From positions 16,016 through 80,015 of the forward strand of contig JAZNFA010000009.1 in NCBI GenBank assembly GCA_045588915.1: 64,000 nucleotides of DNA, written 5' to 3'. This DNA comes from Clostridia bacterium (GTDB lineage: Bacteria; Bacillota; Clostridia; Christensenellales; UBA1242). Of the stretch, positions 56,639 through 64,000 are shown piece by piece (positions within the stretch are counted from its first letter, which is position 1; each line of letters opens with the position of its first letter). Below the pieces are notes generated by a model, which saw only the letters and a list, made by a program, of their open reading frames with translations, did not search any database and was not told the origin of the DNA. Made by a program: the position numbers and the translations under genes.

Positions 56639-58249
56639 ATGGCGAAGAAAACGAAAGAAACCGTAAATAATCTTGATTCAATTTTGTTTAAATGTAGAGA
56701 TATTTTGAGGGCGGCAAGAAACTCCGGCTCTTTCTTTGAAAAAAGAGATATGATGTTGACCCTTATTTTTTTAAGGCTTATTGGGGAGAAGTATGAAGAC
56801 GGAATTGATAAATTAAAAGAGACTTTGATTGCACAAGGATTAGATCCAGAAGATGAAAATATACGAGCAGCGTTCTTCGATGATGCGACATTTACTGACG
56901 GAACGTATAATTTACCTAAAGAAGCACAGTGGTCGGAAATTATTAATAAGCCAGCGCCACAATTAAATGTTGCCCTTGATACCGCACTTAAACGAATTTC
57001 AGAAACCACAAAACAATTAAAAGGTTGCTTCGTTGAAGGAACTTTTACCACAAGAAATTTGGGTGCCAATGATATTAAGAAACTGGTTGATGAGGTTAAT
57101 AAAATTAGTCATAAAGCATTCGGCGAAGAAAAAGATTTGATTGGTCACGTGTATGAATATTTCTTGAAAGAATTTGCGATTAACGCGACAAAAGAAGAAG
57201 GCGAATTCTATACGCCACATGATGTTGTTCAATTAATTGCGGCTATGGTTGAACCATTTAACGGAACATTATATGACCCGGCTTGTGGTTCGGGCGGAAT
57301 GTTTATTCAAAGTGCAGACTTGGTAAAGTCTAAACAAGGTAACTTAAACGGTATCAATGTTTATGGACAAGAAAAAGATGCCGCAACATATCGTTTGGCC
57401 AAAATGAATTTGGCACTGCGTGGTATCAGCCATAATCTCGGCGACACGAACGATTCAACTTTTACCAATGATTTACATAAAGGATTGTATTTTGATTACA
57501 TTATGGCTAATCCGCCATTCAACCTTAAAACTTGGTATGATGCGAATTTGGAAAATGATGCACGTTGGGCTGATTATGTAACACCGCCAGAAAGCAACGC
57601 TAACTATGCTTGGATTTTACATATGTTATCCCACTTGAAACCAAGTAATGGCGTGGCTGGTTTCTTATTGGCAAATGGTGCTTTGAATGATAGTGATACT
57701 TTGGAAATTCGTAAAAGATTAATTCAAAATGATAAAGTTGAAGCCATCATCGTTTTGCCACGCCAACTATTCTTTACAACTGATATCAGTGTTACCTTGT
57801 GGATTCTTAACCAAAACAAAAAAGGTGGTAAATATCACGATAGAAAACAAAGAAATCGTGAGCACGAAATTTTGTTTATGGATTTAAGAACCTGGACGGA
57901 AAATGCGGTTAAAGACGAACAAAAGAAAAAAGTTGCTTTATCGTCGGAACAAATTGAAAAAGCCGCCCAGATTTATCACGATTGGCAATGTGAAGGTGTG
58001 GATGGAAAATATTATGAAGTCCCTGAATTATACCGCAGTGTTTTAATTGATGAAATTGAAAAGCAAGGTTGGGCTTTGACACCGAGTAAGTATATTGAAT
58101 TTATCGACCATGATTTGCAAATTGATTATGAAAAAGAAATGAAGCGTATCCAACAGGAAATGTCCAATATTATTGATGCTGAAAAAAAATCCCAGAAAAT
58201 GTTAGCAGAAGCTTTTGAAGGAATTGGCTATGGCATTGAAAACAATTAA
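56639..58249 (+). CDS. hsdM: type I restriction-modification methyltransferase subunit
   Basis: It has the HsdM N-terminal domain, DPACGSGGMF (motif I) and ANPPFN (motif IV). Confidence 0.93.
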   Translation: MAKKTKETVNNLDSILFKCRDILRAARNSGSFFEKRDMMLTLIFLRLIGEKYEDGIDKLKETLIAQGLDPEDENIRAAFFDDATFTDGTYNLPKEAQWSEIINKPAPQLNVALDTALKRISETTKQLKGCFVEGTFTTRNLGANDIKKLVDEVNKISHKAFGEEKDLIGHVYEYFLKEFAINATKEEGEFYTPHDVVQLIAAMVEPFNGTLYDPACGSGGMFIQSADLVKSKQGNLNGINVYGQEKDAATYRLAKMNLALRGISHNLGDTNDSTFTNDLHKGLYFDYIMANPPFNLKTWYDANLENDARWADYVTPPESNANYAWILHMLSHLKPSNGVAGFLLANGALNDSDTLEIRKRLIQNDKVEAIIVLPRQLFFTTDISVTLWILNQNKKGGKYHDRKQRNREHEILFMDLRTWTENAVKDEQKKKVALSSEQIEKAAQIYHDWQCEGVDGKYYEVPELYRSVLIDEIEKQGWALTPSKYIEFIDHDLQIDYEKEMKRIQQEMSNIIDAEKKSQKMLAEAFEGIGYGIENN

Positions 58250-59339
58250 GTTGGGTGAATTAATTGAAATATCAGAAGAAGTAAATTCTGATTTAAAATA
58301 CTCATTGGATGATGTAAAGGGTATTTCAATCAATAAAATATTTATAGAAACCAAAGCAGATATGCAGGGTGTTTCTTTAAAGCCTTACTTACTTGTGAAA
58401 CCAGATTATTTTTCTTATGTTCCAACGACTTCAAGGAACGGTGAAAAAATTACTTTAGCACATAATAATACAAGGGATACTTATATTGTATCATCTTCAT
58501 ATGTCGTTTTTTATAATAAGAGACCAGATTTGTTGAATTCTGATTATTTGTTTATGTATTTTAATCGACCAGAATTTGATAGATACTCAAGGTTTAATTC
58601 TTGGGGTTCAGCAAGAGAGACTTTTTCATGGGAAGAAATGTGTGATATCGAAATTGAACTGCCAGATTTACCTACGCAAAAGAAATATGTTGATGTTTAT
58701 TTGTCAATGATTGAAAATCAAAAAGCATACGAACGTGGTCTTGATGATTTGAAATTAACTTGCGATGCCTATATTGAAGATTTGCGCCGTAGAATGCCAT
58801 GCGAAGAAATTGGACCATATCTTATTAAGTCTGAAAAAAATTCAGATGGTAATATTAAGAGAGTTTTGGGTATAGGGCAGACAGGGTTTATTTCACCACA
58901 AAAGGATCCGAATGAATCACTTAAAAATTATAAAATTCTAACTGATGGTTGTATTTGTTACGCACCACCGTTGTATAATATTTTGACTGGTGCAATACAT
59001 TGTTATACACAAATAGAAAAAGCAGTTTGTTCACCTATATACGAAGTTTTCACTTGCAATAAAGAAAAAATTTTACCAGAGTATTTAACATTGTGGTTAA
59101 AACGAAGTGAGTTTATTAGATACGCTGCGTTTTATGCATTAGGTGTGAGACAAACATTTGATTATAATTTAATGGAAGAATTTAAAATTCCGATTCCTTC
59201 ATTTGAAATTCAAAAAGCAATTGTGGATATTTATAAAACCTATGTTGAACGAAAAGAAATTAACGAACGATTGAAAAAGCAAATCAAAGACATTTGCCCA
59301 ATTTTAATTAAAGGTTCAATCGAAGAGGGTAAGAAATGA
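58230..59339 (+). CDS. hsdS: type I R-M specificity subunit
   Basis: It has two target-recognition halves separated by conserved helical spacers (YLSMIENQKAYERGLDDLK, IVDIYKTYVERKEINERLKK). The start overlaps the hsdM end. Confidence 0.85.
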   Translation: MALKTIKLGELIEISEEVNSDLKYSLDDVKGISINKIFIETKADMQGVSLKPYLLVKPDYFSYVPTTSRNGEKITLAHNNTRDTYIVSSSYVVFYNKRPDLLNSDYLFMYFNRPEFDRYSRFNSWGSARETFSWEEMCDIEIELPDLPTQKKYVDVYLSMIENQKAYERGLDDLKLTCDAYIEDLRRRMPCEEIGPYLIKSEKNSDGNIKRVLGIGQTGFISPQKDPNESLKNYKILTDGCICYAPPLYNILTGAIHCYTQIEKAVCSPIYEVFTCNKEKILPEYLTLWLKRSEFIRYAAFYALGVRQTFDYNLMEEFKIPIPSFEIQKAIVDIYKTYVERKEINERLKKQIKDICPILIKGSIEEGKK

Positions 59340-61132
59340 ACACGCAAGAGTTAAACGAATACATTAAAAATTATTTAGAGAATGATAAAACCCAGCGTGC
59401 AATTATGTTAACTGCACCTTGGGGTAGCGGTAAAAGTTATTATATAAAAAATAACCTTTGTAATTTTTTGCATGAAAAAAAATTAGATTATGCAATAGTT
59501 TCGTTGTATGGAATTAAAGAGTTAAAAGATGTGAGCAAGAATCTATATTTAGAAATCAGAGCTAATGCTCTTACTAAAAAAAATGAAAAAGCTGCCTTAG
59601 TTAAAATAGTTGGGAAAACACTGCTTAAGGGAGTTGCCGGCTTGTTTCATGTCGATTTAAATCAATCAGAAGAAGATCTACAAAAACTATACGAATCTAT
59701 AGAGTTGACAAATAGACTGATTATATTCGAGGATATTGAAAGAACAAGTATCGATATTGTTGATTTTTTAGGTTATGTAAATAACCTTGTTGAACAAGAT
59801 GGTGTCAAGGTCCTTCTAGTCGCTAATGAGGAAGAAATCAAACAAATAGAAACGGTTGAAAATGGGAAAGTAAAAAAAGATGAAAATATAAAATATATTA
59901 AAATTAAAGAAAAAACAGTTTCTGACACGATAAAATTTACATGTGATAGAAATAATTCCATTGAAAATATAATTAGACAATTTACAAAAAATGAATGGTT
60001 TTCTTCAATGGTTGATAATCCTGAATTTAATCTGGCTGGCAAAATAGGACAAATAATGATAAAAACTGAATCGTATAATTTTAGATCATTATTGTTTGCT
60101 TGCCAAAAGACTGTTGATATTTTTAATATGCTTCCAAGAAGCAAAAATTATAATTTAGATTTTTTAACGAAGTTTTTTCTGGAAACTGTTGAATATTGTT
60201 TAAGAGAAGAGGAATTAAATAGAAATAAATTTAATGAAGAAAAACCAGATTCTAATAATGAAAATAATGATAGCATAAGTAAAATAATTTCTAATTTTAA
60301 AATTGAGAACAGATTGAATAATGTTATGAAAAATTATATTGATAATCAAATTTTTGATATAAATGAGTTTGAACTTATGCAAAGTCAATTTATTTCTTCG
60401 CAAAAAACAGAAGAAGCAAATGCTGTTTTATATAAAATATATTATTATTTGGATTTTACAGAAGAAGAATTAAAATCTGCTATTGATGAATTATATGAAA
60501 AATTAAAAACAAATACAGGCATTAGTTACAATAGTTATATAAAGATTGCTCAATATTTGTTTGAAATAGATAAATATATTAGTTATCAAAGGATCAACGA
60601 TTGTATTAAACAAATGAAGAATAATCTAAAAACTGGGATACAAGTTGGCGATAAAGTGCAGACACATGTTTGGGGCGGATCAGTTATACAGAATGAAAAA
60701 GAGAATGATGAATTTAATAAATTTAGAACGTATATTTCTAGTCTAATTCAAGAAAAGAATGAAATTGATTTTGACTATAATCCTGAAAGCATTGAAAACT
60801 ATGTTTTTAAAGATCTGAAACACCAATTTATGGAAGACCGTGGTTTTATGAAGCAATTTAATATCGAAAAACTTTTGGCGATGTTAGAAAAATGTTCTCC
60901 TAAACAAATCGGTTATTGCAACGAGATTTTAAACCAAGTTTATATGGCTTATTATAACGTTTTTGATTTTATGTCTGATGATTTGAAAAATTTAATTAAG
61001 TTGAAGAATGGTGTTGATTCTATGATTAAAGAAAACACAAATATTGATAAAATCAAAAAAATAAGAATGGGCTTTTTGTCGGATAAGTTAGATGTTATAA
61101 TAAAAAAATTACGAGGAGAAGAAAATGTCTAA
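59336..61132 (+). CDS. KAP-family P-loop NTPase embedded in the type I R-M operon
   Basis: It has the Walker A LTAPWGSGKSYY and a Walker B-like LIIFEDIERT. About 400 aa of K/N/E-rich C-terminal region has no motif I recognise. It has an ATGA overlap with hsdS and an 8-nt overlap with hsdR. Confidence 0.75.
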   Translation: MNTQELNEYIKNYLENDKTQRAIMLTAPWGSGKSYYIKNNLCNFLHEKKLDYAIVSLYGIKELKDVSKNLYLEIRANALTKKNEKAALVKIVGKTLLKGVAGLFHVDLNQSEEDLQKLYESIELTNRLIIFEDIERTSIDIVDFLGYVNNLVEQDGVKVLLVANEEEIKQIETVENGKVKKDENIKYIKIKEKTVSDTIKFTCDRNNSIENIIRQFTKNEWFSSMVDNPEFNLAGKIGQIMIKTESYNFRSLLFACQKTVDIFNMLPRSKNYNLDFLTKFFLETVEYCLREEELNRNKFNEEKPDSNNENNDSISKIISNFKIENRLNNVMKNYIDNQIFDINEFELMQSQFISSQKTEEANAVLYKIYYYLDFTEEELKSAIDELYEKLKTNTGISYNSYIKIAQYLFEIDKYISYQRINDCIKQMKNNLKTGIQVGDKVQTHVWGGSVIQNEKENDEFNKFRTYISSLIQEKNEIDFDYNPESIENYVFKDLKHQFMEDRGFMKQFNIEKLLAMLEKCSPKQIGYCNEILNQVYMAYYNVFDFMSDDLKNLIKLKNGVDSMIKENTNIDKIKKIRMGFLSDKLDVIIKKLRGEENV

Positions 61133-64000
61133 TTTTAACGGTCGTTATTGTGAATCAGAATACGAGAATGCTTTTATCGGATTACTAGAACGAGAAGGAT
61201 GGCAATATCTTTCTGGTAAAAATTTTCCAAGGACTTATAAAAGAGATGTATTAAACATTGAAGATTTAACACAGTATTTGACCAAAACAAATCCGGATTT
61301 AGATAATGAAGATATACAGAGTATTGTTAACCAAGTTAAGTTAGTTGGTGCTGAAAGTGATTTTGCAACCTTACATAAGGTTTATGGTTGGATGGTTAAT
61401 GGTGTCCAATTTAAACCGAAACATAGTAGTGCAAGAATGGTTTCTTTAATTGATTTTGAAAATCCACAAAACAACCTTTTTAAAGTTGTTAATCAACTAA
61501 AGATTGAATACACAAATAACGGTGTAAACGAAGTTAGAATTCCCGATGTTCTTTTGTATGTTAATGGGATGCCAGTTTGCGTCTTTGAATTAAAAAATCC
61601 AGCCGATGCGAAAGCAACAATTCTTAATGCTTGGGAACAAATTACAATTCGTTATTGGCGTGATATTCCGCATTTGTTACATTACTGTCCATTGGCTTGT
61701 ATCTCTGATGGTGTTAAAACAAGATTAGGAACTGTAAAGACGCCTTATGAACATTTCTATGCTTGGCGTCGTGTTAATGAAGGGGATAAACTTTCTACAT
61801 TTTCATTTGAAGAAACTGAAACGATGATTAAAGGTGTTTATTCGCCAGTTAGATTTCTTGAAATATTTAGAGATTACATTTATTTCCAAGATACTATCTA
61901 TGATAAGAATGAAGTAGAAATTGTTTGCCGTTATCCACAATTCTTTGCAACTAAATTATTAAAGCAAAGTATTATTAAATCTATCAACGAAAAGAGTGGC
62001 AAGGGTGGTACATATTTTGGGGCTACTGGATGCGGGAAAACTTATACGATGGCATTCTTGGCTCGTCAACTAGCATTAAGATGCACTGACATACCGCAAA
62101 TTGGTTCGCCAACAATTATCATGATTGTTGATAGGGAAGATCTACAAAAGCAAGGAGCAAAGTTATTTACTAAAAGTAAAGAGTTCTTAAATCTTGGCGA
62201 AGTTTCTGTTATTCCAAATAGAAACAAGTTAAGAGAAGAACTTGGAACAAGACAAAGCGGCGGTTTTTACATTTGTACTATTCAAAAATTTATTGATCGT
62301 GAAGATGACAAAATTGGGTTAATTAATGACCGTGCTAATATCATTTGTTTTTCGGATGAAGCGCATAGAACACAACTTGAACATTCTAAGAAAATTCAGT
62401 TCAGTAAAGATGCCGATGCTAATATGAAAGCGATGATTTCAAAACCATACGCAAAGGTTTTGAAAGAAGCTTTCCCAAATGCAACATTTGTTGGTTTTAC
62501 AGGAACTCCAATTGCGGAAACATATCAAACATTTGGTGATGAAATTGATAGATATACAATGGACCAAGCTGTTGCTGATGGCTTGACTGTTCCAATTAAA
62601 TATCATCCAAGAATTGCAAAAGTGTTGCTTGATTCTGATAAGGTTAATCAAATCGAAGCCTATTATAAACAATGCGCCGATAATGGTGCTACGGAACAAG
62701 ACATTGCTGCAAGTGAAAGAGCGATGAGTTCTATGGAAGTTATTTTGGGCGACCATTCTCGTTTGGAACGATTAGCAACAGATATTCATGATCATTATGT
62801 AAAAGCGTGTGATGAAGATCCAGATAGAATTCAAAAAGCAATGATTGTTTGTTCAAAACGTGAAATTGCCTATGATCTATTGAAAGAATTTGAAAGGCAA
62901 TATCCAGAATGGTTTGTCGAAAAGAAATCAACAGATGGGGTAAAAGTTACTTCTGAAGAATTGAAAGAGTTAAAACCAATGCCATTTATTGCAATGGTTT
63001 CTAGTGTCGGTAAAAATGATAAAGAAGAAATGTATAACTATCTCGGTGGAGTGAAAAACAACCAGCGTTCGAGCGAACTTGATGTAATGTTTAAAAATGA
63101 TAAATCCAATTTCCACATTGTTATTGTCGTAGATATGTGGATTACTGGATTTGATGTACCGTCGCTTACTTTTATGTATAATGATAAGCCACTTCAAAAA
63201 CATCAACTTATCCAAACAATTAGTCGTGTTAACCGAAAATATTCTGGCAAGAATTATGGTCTGATTGTCGATTACATTGGTATTAGAGATAATATGCGTC
63301 AGGCAATGAAAATATATGGTGGTGATAATTCTGTAGCACCAAGCGAAGACGATGTAGAACAAGCAACAATAGCCTTTAGAGAAGAGTTAGAAATCTTAAA
63401 AAGATTATTTATTGGTTATGATTTAACTCCATTTATGAATCCTAATTGTGACCCTATCGAAAGATATAAATTATTATCAAAAGCCGCTGAATATGTTTTT
63501 TCATCGACTCAGGAAATGCAAACACCAACTGAATATGCATCTATGAAAGTGGCTTATAAAACTTATTTCTTGAATACGGTTAAGAGAATGCGTACAGCGT
63601 TTGAAATATGTCAACCGTCTGGTGAACTTGGGGAAGAAGAATCTGCATTAGCTCAATGTTTTATGGCTGTTGCTGGTTTTATTCGCAAAATGAGTGGAAC
63701 TGCTGATATTGATGCTGACACGATGAATCGTTATGTTTCTATAATGGTCGAAGAAGCTCTTAAATATAACAAGGTTGAAAGTATACTAGAAAAAGACGAT
63801 GAGGAAGATATATTCAGTGCTGAATATTTTGAAAAGTTATCTGATATTAAATTGCCTGCTACGAAACTTGAAATATTAATCAAATTGCTGCGCAGACAAA
63901 TAAAAGAATATGGATTAACAAACCAAGTTGCCGCCAAACAATTCCATGAAATGCTTGAAAAGACGATTAAAGTTTATCACGAAAGACGTAAACATTTAAC
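61125..64000 (+). CDS. hsdR: type I R-M restriction (helicase-nuclease) subunit, 3' end beyond the window
   Basis: It is not in the ORF track because there is no stop in the window. My translation is MSNFNGRYCESEYENAFIGLLE... It has the nuclease motif IPDVLLYVNGMPVCVFELKNP, the Walker A GATGCGKTY, and the DEAH box FSDEAHRTQ. I checked that the frame is open at the window end. Confidence 0.9.
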   Translation, partial: MSNFNGRYCESEYENAFIGLLEREGWQYLSGKNFPRTYKRDVLNIEDLTQYLTKTNPDLDNEDIQSIVNQVKLVGAESDFATLHKVYGWMVNGVQFKPKHSSARMVSLIDFENPQNNLFKVVNQLKIEYTNNGVNEVRIPDVLLYVNGMPVCVFELKNPADAKATILNAWEQITIRYWRDIPHLLHYCPLACISDGVKTRLGTVKTPYEHFYAWRRVNEGDKLSTFSFEETETMIKGVYSPVRFLEIFRDYIYFQDTIYDKNEVEIVCRYPQFFATKLLKQSIIKSINEKSGKGGTYFGATGCGKTYTMAFLARQLALRCTDIPQIGSPTIIMIVDREDLQKQGAKLFTKSKEFLNLGEVSVIPNRNKLREELGTRQSGGFYICTIQKFIDREDDKIGLINDRANIICFSDEAHRTQLEHSKKIQFSKDADANMKAMISKPYAKVLKEAFPNATFVGFTGTPIAETYQTFGDEIDRYTMDQAVADGLTVPIKYHPRIAKVLLDSDKVNQIEAYYKQCADNGATEQDIAASERAMSSMEVILGDHSRLERLATDIHDHYVKACDEDPDRIQKAMIVCSKREIAYDLLKEFERQYPEWFVEKKSTDGVKVTSEELKELKPMPFIAMVSSVGKNDKEEMYNYLGGVKNNQRSSELDVMFKNDKSNFHIVIVVDMWITGFDVPSLTFMYNDKPLQKHQLIQTISRVNRKYSGKNYGLIVDYIGIRDNMRQAMKIYGGDNSVAPSEDDVEQATIAFREELEILKRLFIGYDLTPFMNPNCDPIERYKLLSKAAEYVFSSTQEMQTPTEYASMKVAYKTYFLNTVKRMRTAFEICQPSGELGEEESALAQCFMAVAGFIRKMSGTADIDADTMNRYVSIMVEEALKYNKVESILEKDDEEDIFSAEYFEKLSDIKLPATKLEILIKLLRRQIKEYGLTNQVAAKQFHEMLEKTIKVYHERRKHL

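Larger units (their letters stand above)
53095..64000. mobile_element. tRNA-His-adjacent genomic island (right end beyond the window)
   Basis: It begins directly 3' of tRNA-His. It carries a DUF4143 ATPase, a large serine recombinase, and type I R-M genes plus a KAP NTPase. It is visibly more AT-rich than the backbone. Confidence 0.55.

Noticed and set aside
54637-59339. A phase-variable type I R-M (hsdS shufflon) driven by the adjacent recombinase.
   Set aside because: There is only one hsdS gene. I found no inverted or silent hsdS/TRD copies and no matching inverted repeats inside hsdS within the window.

Overview
This is a 64-kb AT-rich chromosomal segment from a low-GC, endospore-forming Firmicute. 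The 16S looks Clostridia-like, and the window holds a complete spoIIIAA-AH operon, pdaA and a SpoVB/MurJ-like flippase. The backbone is housekeeping: hisS-metG, a stand-alone 16S rRNA gene, tuf, plsX-queH-rlu-dnaE, typA, hup, a Bacillus-type long SRP RNA, dnaB, dapF-dapL, pflA-pflB, adh/aldh, rubrerythrin, a P-type Ca-ATPase and efp. There are five tRNAs: Arg-CCT, Val-TAC, Val-GAC, Ile-GAT and His-GTG. Visibly AT-richer accessory patches sit beside tRNA genes. After tRNA-Arg come a PD-(D/E)XK protein and a small hydrolase. After tRNA-Val is a 1.2-kb insertion bounded by an 18-nt tRNA-fragment repeat. After tRNA-His is an island of at least 11 kb with a DUF4143 ATPase, a large serine recombinase and a type I R-M operon hsdM-hsdS-X-hsdR, where X is a KAP-family P-loop NTPase. 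The main second-look items are listed here.
- The KAP NTPase is translationally wedged inside the R-M operon, in a PrrC-like position.
- A 148-nt nested inverted-repeat (RNA-like) element and iterons lie upstream of the serine recombinase.
- A Rho homologue lacks its P-loop.
- Promoters abut start codons across the window, implying leaderless mRNAs and near-leaderless tRNAs.
- The 16S gene is unlinked and has its own processing stem and terminator.
- EF-P carries Arg at the normally modified Lys position.
- A 19-aa Cys-rich mini-ORF is coupled to a membrane protein.

I saw no CRISPR array, transposase or tyrosine integrase. All calls come from reading the sequence and the ORF track by eye. Coordinates of non-ORF features are good to about +/-2 nt, and no database search was run.
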